From Chitinophagales bacterium (lineage in GTDB: Bacteria; Bacteroidota; Bacteroidia; Chitinophagales; UBA10324), in assembly GCA_025057275.1 (NCBI GenBank), contig JANWXQ010000011.1, positions 33,523 to 97,522 on the forward strand: a DNA stretch of 64,000 nt, in the 5' to 3' direction. Of this stretch, positions 44,722 through 55,062 are shown in pieces (position 1 is the first letter of the stretch; each line of letters begins with the position of its first letter). Both the position numbers and the translations under genes were made by a program. The notes beneath the pieces were generated by a model. The model was not told the origin of the DNA. It saw nothing but the letters and a program-made list of their open reading frames with translations, and did not search any database.

Positions 44722-47145
44722 ATGATCCCATCAAATGAAAGAAAAAGGTATGTGTTTTCTATAGGGTTACTAACGCTCTTGTTGCCTCTTCTGTTGGGCC
44801 ATTTACGGTCCCAGGCGCAGTCAGGCCGGATTGTCGGCTGGGTGCGAGATGCTGTGACCCATGAAGGCATTGCCTATGCCACCGTTGGGGTGCAGGGCAC
44901 GGTGGTTGGCACATCCACCGACTCTGCAGGCAGGTTCGTATTGCAGGGATTAGCGCCCGGGTTGTACAATGTGGACATCAGCTCGGTGGGCTACAAATCC
45001 AAGACGGTGTTTGAGGTAGAAGTAATGATGTCGGCACCGGCGGAACTGGAGATCAAGCTGGAGCGCCTGGCCACCGAACTGGAGGCCGTGGTGGTGAAAA
45101 GTGACCGGTTCGACAAGTCGGACGAAAGCCCCGTATCGCTCCGCACCATCGGGCGCAGTGAAATTCAGCGTAATCCGGGAGGCAACCGAGATATTTCCAA
45201 AGTGCTGCAAAGCCTGCCGGGCGTAGCCTGGACGGTCAGTTTCCGCAACGACCTGATCATCCGCGGAGGAGCATCCAATGAAAACCGTTTTTATCTGGAT
45301 GAAGTGGAAGTGCCCAACATCAACCACTTCAGCACGCAGGGCAGCAGCGGCGGACCTGTCGGTTTGATCAACGTGGACTTTCTATCGGATGCGGAGTTTT
45401 ACAGCGGGGCTTTTCCGGCCAGCAAAGGACCTGCCCTAAGTTCGATTTTGTTGTTGCGGCAACGCGAAGCGCGCACCGACCGCTTCGGGGTGACAGCGAC
45501 ACTCGGCAGCTCTGATCTCGGCTTTACATTGGAAGGTCCGCTCAGCCCCGATGCCGGTTTGTTGTTTTCCGTTCGTCGCTCGTATCTGCAATTTTTGTTT
45601 GCCGCACTGGAGTTGCCCTTTTTGCCTACGTATAACGACTATCAGCTAAAAACCACCTGGCGCCTGAACAAGAAAAGTCAGTTGCGTCTGATTTCTCTGG
45701 GGGCCTATGATGTTAACCGCCTCAACCTGCAAACCAATGAAACACCGGAGCAGCGGTACATATTGGGTTATCTGCCCGAAAACTATCAGTGGAATTACAC
45801 GCTTGGAGTGGTATATAAATACTTCGGTAAAAACGAAGGGCTCACCGCCGTGCTCAGCCGCAACATGCTGAACAATGAAGCAGTTAAGTACCGCAATAAT
45901 GTGGAAAGCAGCGACAACCTGCTGTTGAATTATCGTTCGTACGAGGCCGAAAACAAGGCCCGACTCGAATTCAATCAGTATCGCGGCAGCCTGAAGCTCA
46001 ATGCCGGTGTGGCCTACGAATGGGTGAGCTATTTCAACAGTACGTTTAATCGAATCAACGATCTTTTTGGAAACATCATAGAAATCAATTACGAAGGCAA
46101 GCTGGGATTCAGCAAGTATGGTTTGTTTGTTTCTGCCTCTGAGGCCTGGTTTGAACGGCGCCTGGTGCTCACTGCAGGTTTGCGCAGTGATTTCAGCAGT
46201 TATGGTCCTTCCATGAACAAACCTTGGAATCAATTGTCGCCTCGGCTGGCAGCAACGGTTAATCTGAGTCCCCAAACCAATCTGAATTTCAGTGCCGGAC
46301 GGTATTACCAGTTGCCTCCCTACACGCTGCTCGGATTTCGCGACAACAATGGCGTGCTGGTCAACCGCGAGAATGAGGTGCGCTACATTGGCAGTACCCA
46401 GTTTGCTGCAGGAGGGGAATACTATACCGACATCAACAGCCGGGTTTCGCTGGAGTTTTTCTACAAAAGCTACGACCACTATCCCTTCATGCTGACGGAT
46501 TCGGTTTCACTGGCTAACCTGGGCAGCGATTTCGGGGTAATCGGTAACGGACCGGCTGTCAGCACGAGCGATGGGCATGCCTACGGTGTGGAGCTGCTGG
46601 CGCAGCAGAAATTGTACAAGGGTTTTTACGGCATTGCTGCGATCACAGTTTATCGCAGCCTGTTTAATGACCGCACCGGTCAGCTGGTGCCTTCCTCATG
46701 GGATAATCGATTTCTGGTGTCGCTGACGGCCGGCAAGCGCCTGCCCAAAAACTGGGAAATAGGGGTCAAGTGGCAGTATAACGGCGGCCTGCCGTTCACA
46801 CCGTTTGACACCCTTCTGTCGGTATATATGCCCGTTTGGACGGTCAATAACCGGGGAATTCCTGACTACGGCCGGGTGAATTCCTTACGCACACCTCCGA
46901 CCCATCAGTTGGATATGCGGGTTGACAAAAAGTACTTTTTCGCTTGCTGGAGCCTGGAGGTATATTTGGATATTCAGAATGTGTACAATCAAAAGACCGT
47001 TCTACCGGATAATCTGGATGTGGTTCGCGATGCCGAAGGCAATCCAGTACCTGATCCTTTGCGTCCCGGATATTACCAGCCCTTGTTTCTCGAAAATGTT
47101 GTAGGTACGGTTTTGCCTTCCATTGGGGTGGTGGTCAGCTATTGA
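44722..47145 (+). CDS. TonB-dependent receptor with N-terminal carboxypeptidase-regulatory-like domain
   Basis: Signal peptide. CarboxypepD_reg-like region GRIVGWVRDAVTHEGIAYATV..SSVGYKSK. Plug region SLRTIGRSEIQRNPG..VLQSLPGV. Long beta-barrel ending in an aromatic residue (..VVVSY). Confidence 0.85.
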   Translation: MIPSNERKRYVFSIGLLTLLLPLLLGHLRSQAQSGRIVGWVRDAVTHEGIAYATVGVQGTVVGTSTDSAGRFVLQGLAPGLYNVDISSVGYKSKTVFEVEVMMSAPAELEIKLERLATELEAVVVKSDRFDKSDESPVSLRTIGRSEIQRNPGGNRDISKVLQSLPGVAWTVSFRNDLIIRGGASNENRFYLDEVEVPNINHFSTQGSSGGPVGLINVDFLSDAEFYSGAFPASKGPALSSILLLRQREARTDRFGVTATLGSSDLGFTLEGPLSPDAGLLFSVRRSYLQFLFAALELPFLPTYNDYQLKTTWRLNKKSQLRLISLGAYDVNRLNLQTNETPEQRYILGYLPENYQWNYTLGVVYKYFGKNEGLTAVLSRNMLNNEAVKYRNNVESSDNLLLNYRSYEAENKARLEFNQYRGSLKLNAGVAYEWVSYFNSTFNRINDLFGNIIEINYEGKLGFSKYGLFVSASEAWFERRLVLTAGLRSDFSSYGPSMNKPWNQLSPRLAATVNLSPQTNLNFSAGRYYQLPPYTLLGFRDNNGVLVNRENEVRYIGSTQFAAGGEYYTDINSRVSLEFFYKSYDHYPFMLTDSVSLANLGSDFGVIGNGPAVSTSDGHAYGVELLAQQKLYKGFYGIAAITVYRSLFNDRTGQLVPSSWDNRFLVSLTAGKRLPKNWEIGVKWQYNGGLPFTPFDTLLSVYMPVWTVNNRGIPDYGRVNSLRTPPTHQLDMRVDKKYFFACWSLEVYLDIQNVYNQKTVLPDNLDVVRDAEGNPVPDPLRPGYYQPLFLENVVGTVLPSIGVVVSY

Positions 47146-47169
47146 ACATAGCAAACATCCAGAGCATCC

Positions 47170-47601
47170 TCAGGATGTGGCAGCGGCCTTAGCGAAACTA
47201 AGCGAAACCGCTTTGTGAATTTCCGGATGCAGGCTGATCATCACCGGGCAATTATGGGCAATGTGCTCAATAAGGCGGCGATGGGCATCGGAGTAAGGGA
47301 AGGGTGGGAAGAAAAAGTGAATATGTATTTCTGCAATGCGACGGGGGTTGGCCGCCATGATTTTGGTAACCTCCGCACGTGCGCCGTCGATGGAAAAGCC
47401 GTGCTCACGGGCCGCAATGCCCATAATGGTTAAGGCGCATGCGGCAGCCGAGGTGGCCGCAAGATCGGTAGGCGAAAACGACTCTGCTTTCCCGTGGTTG
47501 TCCAGCGGAGCGTCGGTGAGGATGGTGGTTCCGGAAAAATGATGCGTCAGCCTGCATCGCAGGTGGCCTTCGTACACAACGGTTGCAGTAGGAGTTGACA
47601 T
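47170..47601 (-). CDS. OsmC/Ohr family peroxiredoxin-like protein
   Basis: 143 aa with the family pattern ..FSPTDLAATSAAACALTIMG.. and a C-terminal ..NCPV... Confidence 0.75.
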   Translation of the reverse strand: MSTPTATVVYEGHLRCRLTHHFSGTTILTDAPLDNHGKAESFSPTDLAATSAAACALTIMGIAAREHGFSIDGARAEVTKIMAANPRRIAEIHIHFFFPPFPYSDAHRRLIEHIAHNCPVMISLHPEIHKAVSLSFAKAAATS

Positions 47602-47621
47602 ATCGCCAATATACGCCTCTC

Positions 47622-48176
47622 TCAGCCGGCAGAGATGCTTCGGGGCACTGAAAAAAAGTGAAAGGCAATTTGTCCATACTGCCGTTGGTCAAAATGGGTG
47701 GGATGGTCGGCAAATGACACCTTCCGAGGTGTTTCCAGGATCAGCCAACCGCGAGGGTAGAGCAGGCCGGAGGCCAGAATGCGGTCGGGCAGCTGCTGCA
47801 AACCTTCGTAGCCGTGCGGCGGGTCGGCAAAGACAATATCGTAGCGGCCGGAAGCATGCTCCAGAAACTGTTCTACCGCAGCATGAACGATTTGGAAATT
47901 AGACAGCGACCATTGGGCATTTATTCGCTGCAGATGGCGAATGCAGAGGGCATCATTATCCACTGCAGTTACTGCTACGGCACCGCGCGAAACAAATTCC
48001 AGAGCCACGCTACCCGCCCCGGCAAACAGGTCCAAAACCCGAACGGAAGTCAAATTCCAGTGGTGGTTAAGGATGTTGAACAATGCCGTTCGGGCAAAGT
48101 CAGTGGTTGGACGAGTATGCGGCAGCCGGGGTGCATTCAGCCGGCGGCCCCGGAATTGGCCGGAAATGATTCGCAT
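47622..48176 (-). CDS. rsmD: 16S rRNA (guanine966-N2)-methyltransferase
   Basis: Motifs MRIISGQFRGRRL, TRPTTDFARTALFNIL, DLFAGAGSVALE and FADPP. Confidence 0.85.
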   Translation of the reverse strand: MRIISGQFRGRRLNAPRLPHTRPTTDFARTALFNILNHHWNLTSVRVLDLFAGAGSVALEFVSRGAVAVTAVDNDALCIRHLQRINAQWSLSNFQIVHAAVEQFLEHASGRYDIVFADPPHGYEGLQQLPDRILASGLLYPRGWLILETPRKVSFADHPTHFDQRQYGQIAFHFFSVPRSISAG

Positions 48177-48179
48177 GGA

Positions 48180-49028
48180 TCAGACTGCCAAAAGGGTGTA
48201 AAAAAAATGAAGGGGCAGCGGATAATCCCGCGGAACGGTAACACCGAAGGGCAAAGAGGCAAAGGTCAGGTGACGCACATAACGACGCAGCAATTGAACG
48301 ATAGCTGAATTTTCCATGATGTCGCCGCTAAGAATCAGGGGAACCTGATCATTGGCCAAACGTTGCTGATGATATAGCGCTAAAATCAGATAAACCACGT
48401 CGTTGGTATGCTCAAATCGAAACTGATTGGCGAATAGCAGCTTTTGATCTCCACAGGCGATAAGCAACAGGTTGTGTCCGCAAAAGTCGGCTCGCACGCA
48501 AACATGGGTTTCGGTTGCAGCAGATGCTAACGGCTGCAGGGCGTGCCGTATTTCTGGATCAGTTGCAAGGGCCAGGCCATCTGCGAATGCAGAAGGCAGG
48601 GAATACCAAAGCTCGTAATCGGGGTCAGGCAGTAAGGCTTTTCGAAGTGATGAATGGTTGTTGTGGCCGGCAAAATGTTCTTGCCACCATTGCGCCGGCA
48701 ACGGGCCGGAAGCAGAGGCCGGAAGTAAGGTCATAGCCGGGCTGTAAACTACCAGACGGGCAAACAGCGGTGATTGGCCTGCAGCATGTTTTAATTGGTC
48801 CAAAAGTTCAACGATCAGGGAAGCATCGGGAAGTTTTTGAGCTTCAAAAACCGTGGGGTAAAACGTTTGAGCGGCCTGCAGCATGCCCGATTCAGACAGC
48901 ATGGCATAGGCCAAGGCACCGGGGGCAGCGGCCATGTGAAGGCGGCAACCGGTATTGGTTGTGCCGGGGGCAATGTAGGAGGCCCCGGCCTTCCAGGGCT
49001 GCGACAGGTGAGTTACAGGCTGCAGCAA
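48180..49028 (-). CDS. hypothetical protein (possibly DUF3822 family)
   Basis: 282 aa. 3-nt gap to rsmD. The family assignment rests only on recalled synteny with rsmD in Bacteroidota. Confidence 0.5.
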   Translation of the reverse strand: MLQPVTHLSQPWKAGASYIAPGTTNTGCRLHMAAAPGALAYAMLSESGMLQAAQTFYPTVFEAQKLPDASLIVELLDQLKHAAGQSPLFARLVVYSPAMTLLPASASGPLPAQWWQEHFAGHNNHSSLRKALLPDPDYELWYSLPSAFADGLALATDPEIRHALQPLASAATETHVCVRADFCGHNLLLIACGDQKLLFANQFRFEHTNDVVYLILALYHQQRLANDQVPLILSGDIMENSAIVQLLRRYVRHLTFASLPFGVTVPRDYPLPLHFFYTLLAV

Positions 49029-49041
49029 GGAGAAAAACCGG

Positions 49042-49569
49042 TCAATTACTTCCCGACTTTTTCTGACCGTTCATGTAGGAATTCCAGTCAGTGGTCTGAT
49101 AGTGATTTTCGCCTATGTATTTCAAAATGGTCAGCATCATTTCGGCATTCTGGTAACCGCTGACCGGTGAAATCACCTCCAGCTTTTCGTCCAGAAACGT
49201 AGTGGTAGGGTAACCGCGAGAGCTGCCCATAAGCAGGGGCGTGATGGCATTGTTCCGCCCATTCATTCCATACGTCTTTCCCTTAAACGTGATGCTCTGC
49301 TGTTTTTCGGGATTAAATTTTACAGCATAAAATTTTTCGTTGATGTATTCCACCACACGAGGGTCGCGGTAAGTGGTGGCATCCAGTTTTTTACACCAGC
49401 CACACCAATCGGTGTAGATATCAATGAGCACCTTTTTCGGGGCTTTCTGCATTTTCTGTTCCGCCTCGGAAAGACTTATCCAGTTGATGGAAGGGGCCGA
49501 TTGGGCTGCAGCAAAAAGCGGCAGGGTAAGAACAAGAAGAAGAAGCGAGCGCTTGCCAACGGAGTTCAT
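49042..49569 (-). CDS. secreted thioredoxin-fold protein
   Basis: Signal peptide ..LPLFAAAQS and the CxxC motif DWCGWCKKLD. Start set to ATG 49569 (M8) because the -7 box overlaps ORF-track start 49590. Confidence 0.8.
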   Translation of the reverse strand: MNSVGKRSLLLLVLTLPLFAAAQSAPSINWISLSEAEQKMQKAPKKVLIDIYTDWCGWCKKLDATTYRDPRVVEYINEKFYAVKFNPEKQQSITFKGKTYGMNGRNNAITPLLMGSSRGYPTTTFLDEKLEVISPVSGYQNAEMMLTILKYIGENHYQTTDWNSYMNGQKKSGSN

Positions 49570-49587
49570 AATCGTATGGTGTAAGGT

Positions 49588-49595
49588 CAAAATTA
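49588..49595 (-). promoter_or_regulatory. -7 promoter box (TAATTTTG on the minus strand) for the thioredoxin-fold gene cluster
   Basis: Exact TAnnTTTG match 18 nt upstream of ATG 49569. Confidence 0.35.
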
Positions 49596-49756
49596 GCGGA
49601 AGTGTCGGAATTGCCGATGTTCCGGCCAGTTGAGGTATCCAACCTTATGCCAGTTTTTTAAACGTACAAATCGTCAACGAATGCAAATCGGAATTTTCCT
49701 TGGCACCATGTACCTTGGCAGCAGGAGCGAAACCATAGCAGCACAACAGTCAGATT

Positions 49757-50323
49757 ATGAGAATAGCCATAGGAATAACCGGAGCCAGCGGAGCGCTTTA
49801 TGCATCGTTGTTGCTCAAGCGGCTGGGTCAGCTTCGCGAACAATTGACGGAAGTGGCCGTGGTGATGACTGTCAATGCACGTGCCGTCTGGAAACATGAG
49901 CTGGGCAACGAAGATTACGAGCAGATACCGTTTCGCCGCTATGCGCCCGATGACTACGGTGCACCCATAGCCAGCGGATCAGCAGGATACGATGGGCTGA
50001 TCGTTTGTCCGTGCAGTATGGGCACCCTGGGCCGCATTGCCTCCGGCACAGCCGATGACCTGATAGCCCGAGCTTCCGATGTGATGCTCAAGGAACGCCG
50101 CAGGCTCATCCTGGTTATCCGCGATTTGCCCTATCATCTGATCCATCTGCGCAACATGGTTACAGTTACCGAGGCCGGCGGCATCATCTGTCCGGCCAGC
50201 CCTTCGTTTTACAGCGGAGCAGCCACGCCGGAGCAGGTTGCGCTTACGGTGGTGGACCGCGTGTTGCTGTTGGCCGGATTTCAGTTCAAACATTACCGCT
50301 GGGGCGCCGAAGGCGCCAGTTAA
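49757..50323 (+). CDS. ubiX: flavin prenyltransferase UbiX
   Basis: Motifs MRIAIGITGASGALYA and PCSMGTLGRIASG. Confidence 0.9.
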   Translation: MRIAIGITGASGALYASLLLKRLGQLREQLTEVAVVMTVNARAVWKHELGNEDYEQIPFRRYAPDDYGAPIASGSAGYDGLIVCPCSMGTLGRIASGTADDLIARASDVMLKERRRLILVIRDLPYHLIHLRNMVTVTEAGGIICPASPSFYSGAATPEQVALTVVDRVLLLAGFQFKHYRWGAEGAS

Positions 50324-50328
50324 AGGTG

Positions 50329-50336
50329 TACCTTTG
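50329..50336 (+). promoter_or_regulatory. -7 promoter box (TACCTTTG) for the nuo operon
   Basis: Exact TAnnTTTG match 9 nt upstream of nuoA ATG 50346, immediately after the ubiX stop. Confidence 0.4.
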
Positions 50337-50345
50337 AACAACGCC

Positions 50346-50696
50346 ATGGGTCCGGCATCGTTAATCGTACTCATCGTTTCGGGCGTGGTGTTTTCCACCC
50401 TGGCCATGTGGGTAGCCAGGTTTCTGGTAAGACCTGCCTGGAACAAGCAAAAGGGAGAGCCGTACGAGTGCGGGGTGCCTACGGTGGGCCAGACCTGGAT
50501 TCAGTACAACGTCGGTTACTACCTGTTTGCTCTGATGTTTTTGATTTTTGAAGTAGAGCTGGTGTTTTTGTTTCCCTGGGCAGTGGTGGCCAGCCAAATG
50601 GGTTTTGTAGCGCTGGTAGAAGCCATCGTTTTCCTGTTCATTTTGTTTCTGGGTTTTCTGTATGCCCATCGCCAGGGCGCACTCAAGTGGATGTAA
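50346..50696 (+). CDS. nuoA: NADH-quinone oxidoreductase subunit A
   Basis: Start set to ATG 50346 (M37). Three TM helices, with EPYECG and [15 protein letters not shown]. Confidence 0.9.
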   Translation: MGPASLIVLIVSGVVFSTLAMWVARFLVRPAWNKQKGEPYECGVPTVGQTWIQYNVGYYLFALMFLIFEVELVFLFPWAVVASQMGFVALVEAIVFLFILFLGFLYAHRQGALKWM

Positions 50697-50710
50697 AAAA
50701 TTTGTCAACG

Positions 50711-51298
50711 ATGTCAGCCGGCCATGAACAAAAGTTTTCCGGGCAGCCGGAACCCTTCCCGGGTCAGGTGGTGCCTGCACCGGGTGGCGGCATACTCACC
50801 GGTGCATTGGATGAAGTCATTGCCTGGGCACGGTCCAATTCTTTATGGCCCTTGGTTTTTGGCACCAGTTGCTGCGCCATTGAAATGATGAGCACGGCTT
50901 CGGCCAAATACGACTGGTCGCGTTTTGGCTTTGAGGTGGCACGGGCAACACCGCGTCAGGCTGACGTAATCATCATTGCCGGAACCATCGTGAACAAAAT
51001 GGCGCCTGTGCTTCGACGCCTGTACGATCAGATGGCGGATCCGAAATACGTGATTGCCATGGGTGCCTGTGCGACCAGTGGCGGACCTTTTTTCTACAAT
51101 ACCTACTCGGTGGTTAAGGGCGCCGACCATGTGATTCCGGTAGATGTTTACGTTGCCGGCTGCCCGCCCCGGCCTGAAGCCTTGTTGCATGGCCTGATCA
51201 CCTTACAGAAAAAAATTCAGGCCGGCCAAAAGAGAGAAAAAATCATCATTGACCGGTACTGGAAGCCTGAAGCTGTGCCAGAGACCCTTTCCTCATGA
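50711..51298 (+). CDS. nuoB: NADH-quinone oxidoreductase subunit B
   Basis: N2 cluster cysteines in [16 protein letters not shown] and [10 protein letters not shown] 50711 is preferred; the ORF-track GTG at 50687 overlaps nuoA. Confidence 0.9.
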   Translation: MSAGHEQKFSGQPEPFPGQVVPAPGGGILTGALDEVIAWARSNSLWPLVFGTSCCAIEMMSTASAKYDWSRFGFEVARATPRQADVIIIAGTIVNKMAPVLRRLYDQMADPKYVIAMGACATSGGPFFYNTYSVVKGADHVIPVDVYVAGCPPRPEALLHGLITLQKKIQAGQKREKIIIDRYWKPEAVPETLSS

Positions 51299-51765
51299 AC
51301 GAGCCGCAAACTGCTGTTGACTGGGAGGCTGTGGTTGCCCATGCTCCCGTTCCTGTACAACTCATTAGCGGTACGCCCTGGCCGGAATTACACGTGGAGG
51401 CGCCAAATTGGCCCGACCTGGCACAGTTCCTGCGCACCGCTCCGGAGCTGCAACTGGATTATCTGTTTTGCCTGACCTGTGTGGACTGGAAAACCCATTT
51501 GACCATGGTGTACCACCTGAATCACAGCCGGCAGGAGCGTGTGGTGGTGGTAAAAAGCCAGCTGGACCGCGACCAGCCACAGATCGCCAGCGTAGCCGGT
51601 ATCTGGCGCACCGCAGAATTTCACGAGCGGGAAGTATTCGAAATGTTCGGGGTGCAGTTTTTGGGCCATCCTGATCTGCGGTTGCTGATCTTACCTGAAG
51701 GTTGGGAGGGACGTAATCCGTTGCGCAAGGATTATGAAGATCCGGTAAATATGATCCGATTGTAA
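51295..51765 (+). CDS. nuoC: NADH-quinone oxidoreductase subunit C
   Basis: Motif [41 protein letters not shown] overlap with nuoB. Confidence 0.9.
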   Translation: MNEPQTAVDWEAVVAHAPVPVQLISGTPWPELHVEAPNWPDLAQFLRTAPELQLDYLFCLTCVDWKTHLTMVYHLNHSRQERVVVVKSQLDRDQPQIASVAGIWRTAEFHEREVFEMFGVQFLGHPDLRLLILPEGWEGRNPLRKDYEDPVNMIRL

Positions 51766-51775
51766 AGCGCCGGGC

Positions 51776-52891
51776 ATGCTGCAGGAAATCACTTCAACCG
51801 ATACGGGCTGCCTGACCATCAACGTAGGGCCGCAGCATCCTTCCACGCACGGCGTATTGCATCTGGTGATCACCCTGAGCGGCGAAACCATTCTGCGGGT
51901 GGATCCGCACCTGGGCTATATCCATCGTTCCATAGAAAAAATGTGTGAAAGCCTCAGTTACCGTCAGTTTATCTATGTGACCAGCCGCATGGATTATTTG
52001 TCTTCCCATATCAATAATCACGGTTGTGCCCTTTGTGTGGAGCAGGCTTTGCAGATAGAGGTGCCGCCGCGGGCTCAGGTGATCCGCGTGCTCATGGATG
52101 AGCTTACCCGAATGGCTTCGCACGTATTGTGGTGGGGCGCCATGGCCATGGATGTGGGTGCCATCACGCCGTTTTTTCATGCCTTTCGGGAGCGCGAGCT
52201 GATCAACGAGATTATGGAAGAAACCTGCGGCGCCCGCCTGACCATGAACTACATGGTGCCCGGAGGGGTGATGTTTGACCTGCATCCCAATTTTCAAAAG
52301 CGGGTGAAAGATTTTATACCGTTTTTCAAATCAAAACTTGACGAATACGATGAATTGCTCACCCACAACATCATCTTCAAACAGCGCACGCAACACATTG
52401 GCGTGCTGAGCCGGGAGGATGCCATCAGTTACGGGGTTACGGGCCCTACAGCTCGTGCCAGTGGCTGGGCCTGCGATGTGCGCAAGCGGGTACCTTACGA
52501 ATGCTACGACCGCCTGCGTTTTGAGGAGGTGGTGGAACAAGCCGGTGACTGTTATGCCCGTTATCTGGTGCGTATGGGAGAAATGCGCCAGTCGTTGTCA
52601 TTGGTTGAGCAGCTGATAGACAACATTCCCCAAGGAGATTTTCAGGCTAAAACCAAAGCCGTGCTGAAACTGCCCAAAGGCGAGTTTTATTCACGGGTGG
52701 AAACAGCGCGCGGCGAATTCGGGGTGTACATCGTCAGTGAGGGGGGCACTACGCCGTATCGCATTAAGTTTCGCTCACCCGGATTCTCCAACCTTTCGGC
52801 CCTGGACCACATGGCAAGGGGTCATAAAATCGGCGATCTGGTGGCCATCATGGGCTCGCTGGACCTGGTGATTCCCGATATCGATCGTTAA
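51776..52891 (+). CDS. nuoD: NADH-quinone oxidoreductase subunit D
   Basis: Motifs NVGPQHPSTHGVLHL, ETARGEFGVYIVS and GDLVAIMGSLDLVIPDIDR. Confidence 0.9.
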   Translation: MLQEITSTDTGCLTINVGPQHPSTHGVLHLVITLSGETILRVDPHLGYIHRSIEKMCESLSYRQFIYVTSRMDYLSSHINNHGCALCVEQALQIEVPPRAQVIRVLMDELTRMASHVLWWGAMAMDVGAITPFFHAFRERELINEIMEETCGARLTMNYMVPGGVMFDLHPNFQKRVKDFIPFFKSKLDEYDELLTHNIIFKQRTQHIGVLSREDAISYGVTGPTARASGWACDVRKRVPYECYDRLRFEEVVEQAGDCYARYLVRMGEMRQSLSLVEQLIDNIPQGDFQAKTKAVLKLPKGEFYSRVETARGEFGVYIVSEGGTTPYRIKFRSPGFSNLSALDHMARGHKIGDLVAIMGSLDLVIPDIDR

Positions 52892-52900
52892 CGCTAAGTC

Positions 52901-53998
52901 TTGACAAACGCTAACGAGGCCATGTGGAGCATTGAGCAAATTATCGGAGCACTGAATCAGTGGTTGCAGCATACTTTGGGAAATGTCGGCGCGGCAATAG
53001 CTGCATACATTTTATTGGGAATATTTGTCATTCTGTTTTTTTCCGTGCTGGGCCTGGTGCTGGTGTATATGGAGCGGAAGGTGTCTGCATGGATGCAGGT
53101 GCGGCTGGGACCTAACCGGGTAGGGCCGAAAGGGCTGTTGCAGACGTTGGCCGACACGCTCAAACTCATGAGCAAGGAAGGACTTACGCCTGCCGGTGCC
53201 GACCGCTTTCTCTTCAACCTTGCTCCCGTGCTCATGATTGTGGTTTCCATGCTGCTGCTGGCGCCTGTGGCTTTCGCACGGAATGTACAGATCTGGGACC
53301 TGAACATTGGCGTGTTGTACGTTTCGGCCATAAGTTCGGTATCCGTGTTAGCCGTCTTAATCGCCGGGTGGAGCAGCAACAACAAATACTCCCTGCTGGG
53401 TGCCATGCGCAGCGGGGCGCAGATCGTCAGCTACGAACTCAGCGCCGGTTTTGCCATTCTGACCGTGGCTGTGCTCAGCGGCAGCCTGCAGGTATCGCAG
53501 ATTATTGAAAGCCAGCAGACCGGCTGGTGGATCTTTCGCGGGCATTTGCCGGTGTGGGTGGCAACGGTGGTTTACCTGATTGCCGTTACGGCAGAAACCA
53601 ACCGGGCACCATTTGATTTGGCGGAGGCGGAATCGGAGCTCACGGCCGGCTTTCACACGGAATACTCGGGAATGAAGTTTGCCCTGTTTTTTCTGGCAGA
53701 GTATGCCAATGTCTTTATTGCTTCCGCTATCGGTGCTACGTTGTTCCTCGGCGGCTGGATGCCTTTGCATATCGGAAACTGGGAGGCGTTTAACCGGGTG
53801 ATGGACTGGATACCCTCTTCCATATGGTTTTTAGCTAAAACCTTCTTTCTCATCTTTGTTATCATGTGGTTCCGTTGGACCTTCCCGCGCCTGCGCATTG
53901 ATCAGTTGCTGGAGTTGGAATGGAAGTATCTGTTGCCTATTGGACTGGTCAACCTGATTCTGGCTACAGCCATAGCCGTATTAGGCTGGCATTTCTGA
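52901..53998 (+). CDS. nuoH: NADH-quinone oxidoreductase subunit H
   Basis: Motifs ERKVSAWMQVRLGPNRVGPKGLLQ, NRAPFDLAEAESEL and SGMKFALFFLAEY. TTG start per the ORF track; ATG 52922 is an alternative. Confidence 0.9.
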   Translation: MTNANEAMWSIEQIIGALNQWLQHTLGNVGAAIAAYILLGIFVILFFSVLGLVLVYMERKVSAWMQVRLGPNRVGPKGLLQTLADTLKLMSKEGLTPAGADRFLFNLAPVLMIVVSMLLLAPVAFARNVQIWDLNIGVLYVSAISSVSVLAVLIAGWSSNNKYSLLGAMRSGAQIVSYELSAGFAILTVAVLSGSLQVSQIIESQQTGWWIFRGHLPVWVATVVYLIAVTAETNRAPFDLAEAESELTAGFHTEYSGMKFALFFLAEYANVFIASAIGATLFLGGWMPLHIGNWEAFNRVMDWIPSSIWFLAKTFFLIFVIMWFRWTFPRLRIDQLLELEWKYLLPIGLVNLILATAIAVLGWHF

Positions 53999-54040
53999 AG
54001 GCAAACCACAGGCAAATAAGCAGAAAACAGCTTTTTCACC

Positions 54041-54511
54041 ATGACCCTCCGGAACTACCTTAGAAACATTTTTCAAGGCTTACGCTCGTTATGGACGGGC
54101 ATGCGGCGCACCGGATACTACTTTGTTCATCACAAAGAAATCATCACCCAGCAGTATCCCGATGAGCCGCCGCGCCTGGCCGAGCGCTTTCGCGGCGAAG
54201 TGGTTATGCCGCACAACGAAAGCAACGAACACCGTTGCACGGGGTGCACCGCCTGTGAGCTGGCCTGCCCAAACGGCACCATAAAAATCATCACCAAATA
54301 TGAGGTGACGCCGGAAGGAAAAAAGAAAAAAGCGTTGGATCAGTTTATCTATCATTTAGAGCTGTGTACCTTGTGCAACCTGTGCATAGTGGCCTGCCCC
54401 ACCGATGCCATCAAGATGAGTCAGGCCTTTGAACACAGTGTGCTGGACCGGCGCGAGTTGATAAAAATCCTCAACAAGCCCGGATCACGACTTATGGACG
54501 GCGTAGAATAA
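54041..54511 (+). CDS. nuoI: NADH-quinone oxidoreductase subunit I
   Basis: Two 4Fe-4S motifs, CTGCTACELACP and CTLCNLCIVACP. Confidence 0.9.
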   Translation: MTLRNYLRNIFQGLRSLWTGMRRTGYYFVHHKEIITQQYPDEPPRLAERFRGEVVMPHNESNEHRCTGCTACELACPNGTIKIITKYEVTPEGKKKKALDQFIYHLELCTLCNLCIVACPTDAIKMSQAFEHSVLDRRELIKILNKPGSRLMDGVE

Positions 54512-54537
54512 GGATACATGCAAAACCCACTCCACCC

Positions 54538-55053
54538 ATGCTCCAACCCGACTGGATTCTGTACATCCTGGCGCTGATGGCGTTGGCCGGCGGCGTCATG
54601 GCTGTAACCACCCGCCGCATTTTTCGCGCTGCCGTGTATCTGTTGTTTTCGCTGACAGCCCTGGCCGGCATCTATTTCTGGATGCATTATGAATTTATGG
54701 CAGCTGTTCAGATCATCATTTATGTAGGGGGCATAGTGGTACTGATTATTTTTTCCCTGTTTCTTACCCACCAGACCGGCCAACCGCTGCCTGAGCCCGC
54801 CCCGTTGCAACGCTGGGGTGCAGCCGTTCTGGCTGCGGCGGCCTGGGTTGGCATGGCCGTTTTGTTGCTGGACCTGCCGCCGGCGCTTCGTGAGGCTGCT
54901 ATGCCTACCATGTCTGATATCGGAAGCGCCCTGCTCTCGGTAAACGAAACGGGCATGGCCCTGCCGTTTGAAGTGATTACCCTGTTGTTGCTGGCAGCCA
55001 TGGTAGGCTGCATTGTACTGGCGCTGAAAGACCGTACGGCTCTCAATACCTGA
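54538..55053 (+). CDS. nuoJ: NADH-quinone oxidoreductase subunit J
   Basis: Five TM helices, with FMAAVQIIIYVGGIVVLIIF. Position in the operon agrees. Confidence 0.85.
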   Translation: MLQPDWILYILALMALAGGVMAVTTRRIFRAAVYLLFSLTALAGIYFWMHYEFMAAVQIIIYVGGIVVLIIFSLFLTHQTGQPLPEPAPLQRWGAAVLAAAAWVGMAVLLLDLPPALREAAMPTMSDIGSALLSVNETGMALPFEVITLLLLAAMVGCIVLALKDRTALNT

Positions 55054-55062
55054 TGCTCTGCT

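Noticed and set aside
49695-49725. A TGGCAC...TTGGCA pair upstream of ubiX that resembles a sigma-54 -24/-12 promoter.
   Set aside because: The GG-to-GC spacing is about 16 nt instead of the required 12. The consensus geometry is therefore not met.
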